64,000 nt of DNA. Source: Macrostomum lignano. Its lineage: Eukaryota. Below are positions 1 through 10,489 of the stretch, piece by piece. Location of the stretch: assembly GCA_002269645.1 (NCBI GenBank), contig NIVC01002838.1:62001-126000 (forward strand). The letters are read 5' to 3'. How positions within the stretch are numbered: position 1 is the first letter of the stretch; each line of letters opens with the position of its first letter. Below the pieces are notes generated by a model. It searched no databases, was not told the DNA's origin, and was given only the letters and a program-made list of their open reading frames with translations. The translations under genes were made by a program, and so were the position numbers.

Positions 1-156
1 TCCAAGGTTGAGTTCATGCGAGTCATGACTCGGGTTAACCGGGCGGTAGCCTACGAGTTTGAGTCGCACACGAACAATCCTCACCTGGATAGAAAGAAGC
101 AGGTGCCATCTATTGTGTCCATGCTTACTAAGGAGCTGTACTTTCCATCGAAGTGA
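1..156 (+). CDS. Effector caspase (caspase-3/7-like), C-terminal end of small subunit; gene begins upstream of window
   Basis: Frame 1 reads [51 protein letters not shown]. This matches the caspase-3/7 C-terminus (EFMHILTRVNRKVATEFES...[17 protein letters not shown]). Not in the ORF track because there is no start codon in the window. Confidence 0.93.
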   Translation, partial: SKVEFMRVMTRVNRAVAYEFESHTNNPHLDRKKQVPSIVSMLTKELYFPSK

Positions 157-358
157 CTCGCGCTCGTAAAGGCGAAGTATATGAATAACTAAGTATTTTA
201 CTTCAAATTTTAAAGAGAAAAATAAGTGATTTCCTTGATGCTGTTTTGGGACTGTTACGAGTATTAGTGTTGTATGAAATAAGGTTTGGTGTGTCTGTTT
301 AATTAAATCAGTTTTCTTAACGAGTATTAAATGCTTGTTATTGATTTTAACAAAACCA

Positions 359-364
359 AATAAA
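359..364 (+). promoter_or_regulatory. Probable polyadenylation signal of the caspase gene
   Basis: AATAAA about 200 nt after the stop in an AT-rich 3' UTR, followed by T-rich sequence. Confidence 0.45.
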
Positions 365-986
365 GTTGCTTTCAATTCACTTTAATCGTCTTCTTCTGCA
401 TTCTAAAAATTGTTTTGTTATTCGATTTTATAGGCTTACTCATCCGCGAAATATCCTACTTATGCTACTTACAGTAATTGCTTTACTGCTCAGTAAGTAG
501 TGCAGCTCGATTGCGAATACAATTTTGTGCAATAGTAACTTAATTTTTGTACTTATAATTAGATAAGCTTGTTTTGCCATATATTCACTCTATTTGAATA
601 TTTCAGTTTGACTGGTGACAATTCCTGTGCGGATTACTCGTATTTTACATACGCTGTGTTTCTATTTTTTACTGTGTCAAAATATCAGTCTATTTAATTT
701 ACTTTACGGGTAAAATTTTTATAAAATTATCATAAATCAACCATTTTTGCGCGATATGCTACTTAAAGTGCGTGTGTGTACACCGTCTTTTATTTTTATC
801 TTGGTCAACAATTACACGAAAATCAATTTTTTGTTAACCTAATTGTCGCAGGCTCGCGATCAACTAATTTAAATGCTTTTGCACTTTATTTTTAAAAAAT
901 ATTTAAAAAAATTTTCTAATTATTTAAACGGACGTTGTGTACTTTTACCATACTGATAGGTGACGAAAATCACCTTTGGAAACATG

Positions 987-1265
987 TTTTTCGATACATA
1001 TCGGCAATTGTGTCACTAATAATAATCCGGTTTAGTTTTAATTAAGCAGAGACGGTGCTCAGCACGGTGAGAATCTGCTCTGACAAAGTGGAATGTTGCC
1101 ATCCGCATCAGATTCGAGCAGCTGGACCAGCTCCTCCACTTTGCTTGGGTCTATTAACACCTCATCTAATGCTCATCTAACACCTGCGGGTGACGGTTAT
1201 AGATGTTACATATGAGTGTCATATGGGTGTTAGATATGATTGTTAGTTATGGGTGTTAGATATGG
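987..1265 (-). pseudogene. Decayed duplicate of the last exon, 3' UTR and intron end of the calmodulin-like gene
   Basis: Aligns to about 11446-11760 (TCGATACATATCGGCAATTG, AAGCAGAGACGGTGCT, TTCGAGCAGCTGGACCAGCTCCTCCACTT, ACCTGCGGGTGACGGTTAT). It has a 5-nt insertion (frameshift) and loss of about 95 nt of exon. Confidence 0.85.
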
Positions 1266-1487
1266 ACTAGCAATCAGCGCCCCCCGTTGGGGAGCCAAAA
1301 AATGCAGCACAAGTTTTTTTAATAAACTACATGTAAGCGTCTCTTTGCATTGTACCTCAGCAACCCCTTGTAAGCCTTGACATGTCAGCAATTCCCCCCC
1401 CCCACAAGCCTTAGCATATCAACTCCCCCTTGACATCTCAGCAATGCCCCCATAAGCCTTGAAATCTTAAAAAAATCTGTCAACCTT

Positions 1488-1528
1488 CTAACCCTAACCC
1501 TAGCCTACCCTAACCCTAACCCTAACCT
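1488..1528 (-). repeat. Short interstitial telomeric repeat (TTAGGG)n
   Basis: About 7 imperfect CCCTAA units on the + strand. Confidence 0.8.
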
Positions 1529-1929
1529 TAAAGCATTGAAATTTCAGTAATTCTCTCCGAGAGTCATTATAGCACTACAGCATTATAGCGATTCCCTGCA
1601 AGCCTCGACATCGTAGGGATTCCCAAATGAATCTCTCAACTTCGACATGATGCCGATATTCTAGGCTATCACCTGTAAGCTTCATAGCTGCCCTGAGCAG
1701 CATATAGTCCCTATAAATTATTTAAATAAATGGCCAGAGGGGATCCATGAGCCCACCAGAGATTCAGAGGCTTAGTCTGGGAAAATAAATTGCAAATTTA
1801 TTAAATAGCCTGGCAGAGCAACTGCACAGGTCTCCATCTCCAAGCCCAGGTATTCCCAGCAGCCGCTGTCAGCTTCAAATGAATTCACCTAGCAACGGAG
1901 TTTTCCTGTGCTTTTTCGCTGCCATTTTC

Positions 1930-2830
1930 TTAGTAGATGTGGCCACTCAGTCTTCGGTCAGCCAGCACAGGCAGACAGATTCAAAGTGTCTACTTGTCAA
2001 ACTTGTCGTTGTCGGTGTGGCGGCTGCCGCGACCCTCCGCCTCCCTGCTCGACTGCTTCGTGTCGAGTCGGTCGTTCCGTCTCGGCAGCGTCGGCGTGGT
2101 GCAGCGGAACAAGCGAGACGCCTCGTGCGCGCTGTTCCGCTTCGGTGAGGTGTGCCGCCTGCTCAACATGACCAGCTCGTCTACACCGACTGAGGCAGTG
2201 GCCGCTGAGAGCACCTCATGGGTGGTGGACTCGGAGTACGACGCGATTTCTGCAAACGAGCACTTCAGCGCTGTGTGGGTCGGAGACTGGAGAACCTGGT
2301 GTGCGGCTCCGAGGGACAGAGGAACCCCATGAAGTCCAGCGGTGTCTCGTGGACGAACGAAGGCGCTCGCATGGACGGAGTCTCGTCTCGGCTTTGGGTG
2401 GAGGACCCCACAGGTCTGGACTTCACGGCGTCCTACACCTGGGTGCTGCACCTGAAGAGAACACCGGGTGATCAATGTTTCATGGAGCTGTCTGCAGATG
2501 CCGCAGCAGGAGGTGGCCCAGCCGATCATTTCTGGGGGTACAGCAGCGTTCCTGGTTTGAAGCGCTGTTTGCACCTGTTTCCAGGTGCACCCATGGCTTA
2601 CCAAACAGTTCGTCATTGTTGGATTGTCGTTTAACAGATCGGCGCCCAGGTGCAAGTTCTTCTTCGAGACTGCGTTTGTGCCGGAGACTTTCAACAAAAC
2701 GCAAACCGTTGTGTTCAACCAAAACGATGCTGGCCGGTTCTATAAATTCAGAAAGATTTTTTTCGTTTTAAAAATTAACAACTTGTTTCACAAGTGTTAT
2801 TGTTTCGCGATTTTAATGAAAGTTGCTTAA
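1930..2830 (+). pseudogene. Frameshifted coding-like segment of unknown family
   Basis: GC-rich island. Three overlapping + ORFs (1937-2332, 2218-2634, 2585-2830) can be chained by frameshifts into about 280 aa of non-repetitive protein-like sequence. No family recognised. Confidence 0.3.
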
Positions 2831-2904
2831 GGAACATGTTAACAGTAAGCATTTTTGTACGAGTAGCTATATAATGAATATCTAATTCGAAAAAAAATCG
2901 TGAC

Positions 2905-3360
2905 CTTACTTTGAGATGCTGGTCTTATCGTCAAACATCGTCTGCAAGTTGTATCAGTGAGTCTACCAACAATTTTCAGCCGCTTTTCCAGAGCTCTTAT
3001 GATAGTCAAAATCTGATAACCAACTGGAACTGTTCCTTCAACTTCTGCTGCATTTTCTGCAACGTCAAAAGGGTTCGTCTTAATTGCAATAAAAAGTAGC
3101 AGGAAACCATCTTTTCTTTTACATTCAGCAACCTTGCAATGTCCTTTGGGTGTTCACCTCTGCTGAGTGCTTCGATCACAAGCCAATGGCATTCGTTCAA
3201 CAGCCTAGCATATGGTCTACTTTTCTTGGGCTGATCTTGCTCCTCCGCGGCAGTTGCAAAAATAAAGCTACATGGACCAAATTGAGGCTTGCTGGACCAA
3301 ATTAAATGCCGCTGTGCCAGCCTTGCTACCATAGACAAAAGCTCCATTACATTGGCAAAA
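2905..3360 (-). mobile_element. Truncated second copy of the Tc1/IS630-like element (HTH relic plus partial TIR)
   Basis: 2960-3360 is a direct repeat of about 3595-4080 with an internal deletion. It encodes LVIEALSRGEHPKDIARLLNVKEK. Confidence 0.7.
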
Positions 3361-3361
3361 A

Positions 3362-4135
3362 TATAGCATTTTGCAGCCCATTTGGGCTTACGCGCATTTA
3401 ATTTAATCCAAGATACGTTTGCCAATGTAAAAGAGCTTTTGTCTATGGTAGCAAGGCTGGCGCAGCGGCATTTAATTTGGTCCAACAAGCATCCATTTGG
3501 TCCAAACATTCGTGAGCCATTGGACAAACTCTTGCCTTCCCTCAACCGTCTGCAGGTTGTTGCACACCGCTGGAATGTCAGCGTCTCTACCAGCAATTTT
3601 CAGTTGCTTTTCCAGAGCTCTGCTGATAGTCGAAATCTGATAACCAACTGGAGCTGTTCCCTCAACTTCTGCTGCATTTTCTGAAACGTCAACAAAGGGT
3701 TCGTCTCCACTGCATCGAGTAGCAGTTGGACCTGAGGCTCTCGAGCAACTTTCCTTGGCGATTGCCACCCTTTCGCAGGCAATCTCTGCCGGCAGAGTTT
3801 CAAGGCGCTGCTGGATGCTGTAAACCACCTTTTCTTTTACATTCAGCAACCTTGCAATGTCCTTTGGGTGTTCACCTCTGCCGAATGCTTCGATCACAAG
3901 CCAATGGTATTCGTTCAACAGCCTAGCATCAGGTCTACTTTTCTTGGGCTGATCTTGCTCTTCCGCGGCAGTTGCAAAAATAAAGCTACATGGACCAAAC
4001 TGATGCTTGCTGGACCAAATTATAGATGCCGCTGTGCCAGCCTTGCTACCATAGACAAAAGCTCCATTACATTGGCAAAAATATCTTGCATTGAATTCAA
4101 TGCGCGTAAGCCTAAATGGACTGCATAAAGCTATA
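3362..4135 (-). mobile_element. Non-autonomous Tc1/IS630-like DNA transposon (~775 bp) with ~145-bp terminal inverted repeats
   Basis: 3362-3513 is the reverse complement of 3989-4135, and both ends lie at TA. The frameshifted interior encodes two HTH-like segments (VIEAFGRGEHPKDIARLLNVKEKVVYSIQQR; LLDAVETNPLLTFQKMQQKLREQLQLV/ISTISRALEKQL) typical of Tc1/IS630 N-termini. No DDE domain. Confidence 0.75.
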
Positions 4136-4144
4136 CTGGTGGAA

Positions 4145-4480
4145 TCGTTGAGATGTCAAGGCTAATGGGGAATTGCTGAGATGTCAAGGCTTATGGGGAA
4201 TTGCTGGGATGTCAAGGCTTATGGGGAATTGCTGGGATGTCAAGGCTTATGGGGAATTGCTGGGATGTCAAGGCTTATGGGGAATTGCTGGGATGTCAAG
4301 GCTTATGGGGAATTGCTGGGATGTCCAGGCTTATGGGGAATTGCTGAGATGTCAAAGCTTATGGGGAATGGCTGGGATGTCAAGGCTTATATGGGGAATT
4401 TCTATGATGTCAAGGCTTATGGGGAATTGCTGGGATGCCAAGGCTTATGGTGGGATTGTTGAGATGTCAAGGCTTACTGG
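4145..4480 (+). repeat. Minisatellite, 28-bp unit GGGGAATTGCTGGGATGTCAAGGCTTAT
   Basis: About 12 tandem copies. A degenerate reverse-orientation relative lies at about 1355-1465. Confidence 0.95.
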
Positions 4481-4899
4481 AAGCATGGGTGTATTCTTTA
4501 ATATTAGCTATATTTTCATTTTCCTTTTTGCACTCCCCGAACGGGCTGGATTTCTAGTATTTACTAAACTTCAGCCGCAAAAAGTGTATACATCGTTACA
4601 TTCTGTCTTGGCCTTGAAATTTGGAAGAAGCATTTTTGAGTTTGAATTGAACTCAAAATTGTTCAAAATGGAAGATCAATTGGTGCACTAAAAATTTTAA
4701 CTGTTAAAACAAATGATGCTTTAGTAAAATCCAGTGAAACTGAGTTTGTGTATTTTAATTGGCGACGGAGACAGCAACAGACTGGCTCGCAGCTGAAGGT
4801 ACAACAAAGGTCAAACAAATTACGCACTTGTTTAAATGAAACATCTGGACCCCACATACAGGAGACCCAAAAGAGCGGAGCGCTGCAATAGCCTCAAGT

Positions 4900-6470
4900 A
4901 AATTACAGAGATTTATCACGCTGTGACAGTACATTACAGAGATTTATCACGCTGTGACAGTACATTACAGAGATTTATCACGCTGTGACAGTACATTACA
5001 GAGATTTATCACGCTGTGACAGTACATTACAGAAGTTTATCATGCTGTTACAGTACATTACAGAAGTTTATCATGCTGTTACAAGTACATTACAGAAGTT
5101 TATCATGCTGTTACAGTACATTACAGAAGTTTATCGTGCTGTTACAAGTACATTACAGAAGTTTATCATGCTGTTACAGTACATTACAAAAGTTTATCAT
5201 GCTGTTACAAGTACATTACAGAAGTTTATCATGCTGTTACAGTACATTACAGAAGTTTATCATGCTGTTACAGTACATTACAGAAGTTTATCATGCTGTT
5301 ACAGTACATTACAGAAGTTTATCATGCTGTTACAGTACATTACAGAAGTTTATCATGCTGTTACAAGTACATTACAGAAGTTTATCATGCTGTTACAGTA
5401 CATTACAGAAGTTTATCGTGCTGTTACAAGTACATTACAGAAGTTTATCATGCTGTTACAGTACATTACAGAAGTTTATCATGCTGGAACAGTACATTAC
5501 AGAAGTTTATCATGCTGTTACAGTACATTACAGAAGTTTATCATGCTGTTACAAGTACATTACAGAAGTTTATCATGCTGTTACAGTACATTACAGAAGT
5601 TTATCATGCTGTTACAGTACATTACAGAGATTTATCACGCTGTGACAGTACATTACAGAAGTTTATCATGCTGTTACAGTACATTACAGAAGTTTATCAT
5701 GCTGTTACAGTACATTACAGAAGTTTATCATGCTGTTACAGTACATTACAGAAGTTTATCATGCTGGAACAGTACATTACAGAAGTTTATCATGCTGTTA
5801 CAAGTACATTACAGAAGTTTATCATGCTGTTACAGTACATTACAGAAGTTTATCATGCTGTTACAGTACATTACAGAGATTTATCACGCTGTCACAGTAC
5901 ATTACAGAAGTTTATCATGCTGTTACAGTACATTACAGAAGTTTATCATGCTGTTACAGTACATTACAGAAGTTTATCATGCTGTTAAAGTACATTACAG
6001 AAGTTTATCATGCTGTTACAGTACATTACAGAAGTTTATCATGCTGTTACAGTACATTACAGAAGTTTATCATGCTGTTACAGTACATTACAGAAGTTTA
6101 TCATGCTGTTAAAGTACATTACAGAAGTTTATCATGCTGTTACAGTACATTACAGAAGTTTATCATGCCTTGACAGTACATTTCAGAAGTTTATCATGCC
6201 TTGACAGTACATTTCAGAAGTTTATCACGCTGTTACAGTACATTATCATGCTGTTACAGTAAATTACAGGGATTTATCATGCTGTTACAGTAAATTACAG
6301 AGATTTATCATGCCGTGACAATAAATTACAGAGTTTTATAATGCTGTGACAGTGAATTACAGAGATTTATCATGCTGTGACAATACATTACAGAAATTTA
6401 TCATGCTGTTACAATACATTACAGAAATTTATCATGCTGGGACAGTACATTACTGAGATCTATCATGTCA
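4900..6470 (+). repeat. Minisatellite, 31/32-bp unit CAGTACATTACAGAAGTTTATCATGCTGTTA
   Basis: About 50 copies with a homogeneous centre and degenerate edges. Source of ORFs 4985-6204. Confidence 0.97.
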
Positions 6471-6698
6471 AGCGTGAAGTATTGCTATAGAAACAGTCAA
6501 CAGAGGGTTACCAATTGCTCACAGGCTGAGCAGCAAAGATGCGATGCTCCTGCAATTCCCTATCAATATACGCTGCTGAAATAAAATCAAGGATGAGCTT
6601 CAAACATTGAGCTCAGAGAGCCATTTGCAATGAATTGAAACTGAAGCCAGTGACCGATCCAAACCGCTATGCAGAGAGCTGCCGATTCGAACTCAGGA

Positions 6699-6824
6699 CT
6701 ATTCTTCAGTGTCCGAGTCGTCATCATTTCTCCTGCACTTCTGCACCAGAATATAGATGAACTCAAGCAGCTCAAATGTGCTCACGACGCTGATGCCGAG
6801 CCAGAGTCCCAGAGTTCCTCCAAT
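6699..6824 (-). CDS. DEG/ENaC channel exon 3 (TM2, selectivity filter, C-terminus)
   Basis: Acceptor ccgcag|ATT. Reads IGGTLGLWLGISVVSTFELLEFIYILVQKCRRNDDDSDTEE*, with the GxS filter (GIS). Phase 0 matches the upstream donor GAG|gtgaga at 7004/7003. Confidence 0.92.
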   Translation of the reverse strand: MGGTLGLWLGISVVSTFELLEFIYILVQKCRRNDDDSDTEE

Positions 6825-7003
6825 CTGCGGGATATGGAGAAAGCATGCAGTACTCAAATTTTTGAGCAGATGTCAAAACAGCTGCTGCCCTGTTGCTAGG
6901 GAAGAAACTGGGCAGAAGCTCAGTGCGGCCAAAGGAACCGTAGCGGGATGTCAGTGCGGGATGTCTGAAATGCGGGAATATTGCAACCGGATGCAGCTCT
7001 CAC

Positions 7004-7845
7004 CTCTGACAGGGCCTCAGTCCAGTGGTACTTGTACTTCTCTTCGTAAGCATCCGCCGCAGGACTCTGCAAGCTGATGCTGACTGCTGCCAGCTCTTTG
7101 GCCAGTTCGCTACGAGAAACGCAAGACGTTGCAGATTCAATAATTTTTTTTTTATAATCTTTACCCAAGAGTCGGTCAATAAAATTAAATTTTCTTAAAA
7201 AATTGAAACGGCAATAGTCGCTCCCACGGGCTAGCAAATACAGCTGAATTTCCTGCCTGGTTTTGGTGCTGTTCCTAAATATGTGATGCTCTTTGCCATC
7301 CTCGGGCAGGAACTCGACTCCATGTCTGACTTGCGGCACCATCAGGTTCTCCCAGATCTCTTGAATGGCGCTGAACGGGGGCCACCTGCGGCTCTGCTGC
7401 CAAGGCCGTTGCTGAGTGAACTGGCACCACATCCGGTGCTGGAACTCCTTCGCCAGCTCCTCGCTTTGCCTCTGTGCGTGCTCAAACCAGTGATCATGGC
7501 AGTCAATTCTCTTGAGCACAGCATCCGATGGGGTGATCCACTCCTGTGGTGGAGCGAAGTAGCACAGGTCGCTCGTATTCACCGAGAACGGGAGCAGGTG
7601 CGAATAGCAGCCGCAGTTGCTGTGCAGGATGCTCTGCTGTGCCTCGACTACGAAATCGGAGACGGACTTTGAGTAGGCCTTGGTGACCACGTTCAGCGAG
7701 GCGTTGGAGAAGTGCCTGACATAGTTGATGGTTTCGATTGGAGGCTCGGAGCATCTGCGGCTCGGCTTCGACATGAGTCGGTTGTGGACCGGCCTGAGTT
7801 TGATGGAGGTGCTGGTGGCTGAGGCCACGTCCACGAACTCGGTCT
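7004..7845 (-). CDS. DEG/ENaC channel exon 2 (palm, thumb, pre-TM2)
   Basis: Acceptor aaccgcag|AG, phase 1, gives FPMSETEFVDVASATSTSIKLRP. Also QQSILHSNCGCY, WP, and ELAAVSISLQ...YEEKYKYHWTEALSE. The AT-rich stretch at about 7140-7240 is open but could be a small extra intron. Confidence 0.85.
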
Positions 7846-8169
7846 CTGCGGTTTTGCATGGGTTTGGCATGGGTTGTGAGACTGGTTTGGCATGGGTTGT
7901 GCGTGGGCTATGAGACTGGTTTGCCATGGGCTGTGAGACTGGTTTGCCATGGGTTGTGCATGGGTTGTGAGACTGGTTTGGCATGGGTTGTGAGACTTTC
8001 GTGGAATGAAGCAGTTTCAACTAAAACATTAAAACTTATTAAAGGTTTATCTAAATATAAGAAAAAAGATTACTATATTAACACTAAATTAAGCAACTAA
8101 TTTATTAAGTTTTGGGCTACTTTTTGCTGCAAAAAACTAATTCGCGGGTAGCGAAGCAAAATTACGCAC

Positions 8170-9034
8170 CGCTCATCGGGAAGCTTTTCTCCTCGTGAAT
8201 GAAGATGCGCAATCCAGCGGACTGCGGCTCGTTGCTCTGCAGCAACCGGTTGACGGCTTTGCTGCGTAAGAACTTGCGAGTGATGCAGCCGTCGGGCAGT
8301 GCTCCATTTGGGTAAATTTCATACAAGTCGGGATACTTCTCGTTGCTATCGGTGAAGAGCACCATGTCCAGCTCGGCTCCCCTGCCCCCAGGACCGCTGG
8401 ACGACTGCCGTGGGTCCGGGTGGAACGTGTAGCAGTTCCAGAACCGGCTGGTCTGGACAAGCGAGAAGTTCTTGTGACTGCACGGCTCGCTGTTGTAGCG
8501 GCAGCTCAGCAGCATGGTCTCGTCGAGCTGGGAGATGTCTCTGGTGTCGCCCGATACCCACATCACGTCCAGGACCTTCTTGCACACCTTCTCAAGTCGG
8601 TTATCATAGCTTTCATCCGATTCTTGCGGGCGCTTCTGGGTGTCCTCCTTGAACCAGTTGTCGAAGTTGCCCCAGAAGATTTCAAAGTAGTCAAACACCT
8701 CAAACTTAAACTCATTCTTAGAGTGGAATTCAAGGAAATTTATAATAGACAGCAGAGATGCAGAAGCGGGCTTGAAGTTGCAAATTGTGACGTCGGGAAA
8801 CTGGGCTCGTTCGCTCCTCAGCTTCAGCTGCGACTCAACGGAGCGCTCGGTGAATTTCTGCACCAACTTGGCCAAGTGGACGCTGCAGCCGATCAGGGCA
8901 GCTACGAACAGAAGCAGCCAGAAGAGCCGTCGAGCTGAGCCTCTGGACAGGAAGATGTGCAGCAAGCCGTGGGTTCTCGTGATGCCAGCCACCTCCTGGG
9001 CGGCACCGGTCACCGTGCGGAGTCGGGCTCGCAT
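8170..9034 (-). CDS. DEG/ENaC (ASIC/FaNaC-like) channel exon 1 (HG motif, TM1, extracellular domain)
   Basis: ITRTHGLLHI (HG gating motif), hydrophobic TM1, FPDVTICN, SCRYNSEPC, NCYTF, AGLRIFIH. Donor AGCG|gtgcgt. Spliced product is about 610 aa. Confidence 0.93.
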
Positions 9035-9711
9035 TTTCCTCTTCAGCTAATTGTAACTTCAGCTTGTAGATTTCTCAAAGCAGTTGCTAACGAGTTTTTT
9101 GCTAGTGCCCAGAGAATACCGAGCGCTCAAGCCGAGTACTCTTTCGCCCGGCAGTCCTGTTGCAACAGTGCGAGCTGCGTCCGATCGCTGCCCGAGACTA
9201 AATCCCTCCCGCGACTTTCGTACTTTGCTACATTGGCAAGCTCAGAACGCAGATCAAACACATTGCAAAAACACAGAACCATTTTTTATAATCTGTGGCT
9301 TTACACCCAGGGAATACGCAGCTTAAATTGTTACTATGGTTTATTTACCATACTAACAACGCTTCAGTCAAAGATTGATTGTTTAACGATGATTGAAAAT
9401 TTTGCCATAGACAATTTATTTTATATGTATTGTACTCTAAACGTTCAATGCATGAAAAACATTGGGAATAGAAAATCATAGAAAAGCTACGCATTTTAAC
9501 ACATGCGCTAACAAATACATGGATGAACAAAACAAAAAGCATAGATGAACTAAATACGCATTTTAACACAAACTGTGCGTTAACAAATTTAGCGTGGAAA
9601 AACGTAAAATACGCATTTTTACACACATTTAAACAAATTAAGAGCACAGAAAAAACATAGAAGACATTTTAAAATGTGTGTAGTGAAGCATTAAAAGCAA
9701 TTAGCTAGTTG

Positions 9712-10170
9712 TTATGACACATCAGCTTTACCATGTTGGAACATCCGTTCTCGCGTAGTTTTAGGAAGCGAATAGATTTCAATGCGATCCAGGTCGCCAA
9801 CCGTCAGAGGAGCGTCATCTGATATATCCGGTAGGGGTGTATCCAGAACCGAACAGTCATCCATCGTGGGATCTTCTAAGAAACGGATGAACTCCGCTAG
9901 ATCAGCGTCGCCAGCGTGGTCGGTTGCACTCAGCAGAGAAAGGAAATCCATTTCGCTTGAAGACTCTCCGTTAAGAGAATCAGTAGGCAGATTTTTCCAA
10001 TTTATTAGATGCATTTTAGTGGTTGATGTTAAAGCAAGCAAGCTTATATCAAGCCGCAGTCCCCTGCATTTCTCTACTCTATACTCACTCGATAGTCTAT
10101 GGTACAGTTGGAATCGCTCCATAGCGCTTCCTATGGCAGTGTCGATGTCGTTGTCGATGTCTATGGCCAA
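9712..10170 (-). other. 152-aa acidic ORF, possibly the N-terminal relic of a Crypton/DUF3504-type element
   Basis: Intact non-repetitive ORF. ISDDAPLTVGDLDRIEIYSLPKTT loosely recalls the DLDxIE...PKxT segment before the core-binding domain of Crypton-like proteins. It lies between 42-bp direct repeats. Confidence 0.25.
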
Positions 10171-10489
10171 AACCTGCGCAGTCTAGGACGTTTCTGATTC
10201 GCTGAGACATTGTTAAACAATCGGCGTTAAACGACGCTTCAGCGTTAAACAATGCTTCTAGTCGAGTATGCTAAACGATAGTGACAATAAGTCTATACAT
10301 ACGGTACTATCGTTAAACAATAAGCAAAGATCACGAGTGGCGTATTTTGCTTATTGTTTACCTCTAGTACCGTATGTATAATCTCCCATTGTTACTTATG
10401 GTTTATCATACTAACAACGCTTCAGTCAAAGATTGATTGTTTAACGATTGTCTCACTCATATTGAATATTGTCGACAATTATGTCCAAA

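Noticed and set aside
4900-6470. Regular ~30-bp repeats that might be read as a CRISPR array
   Set aside because: Units are head-to-tail with no unique spacers, no cas genes are present, and the context is a spliced eukaryotic genome. The same applies to all other arrays.
7846-8020. N-terminal part of the 366-aa ORF 6920-8020 (repeated KPVSQPM)
   Set aside because: It lies in DEG/ENaC intron 1 and comes from a short tandem repeat. The true exon starts at the acceptor at 7845.
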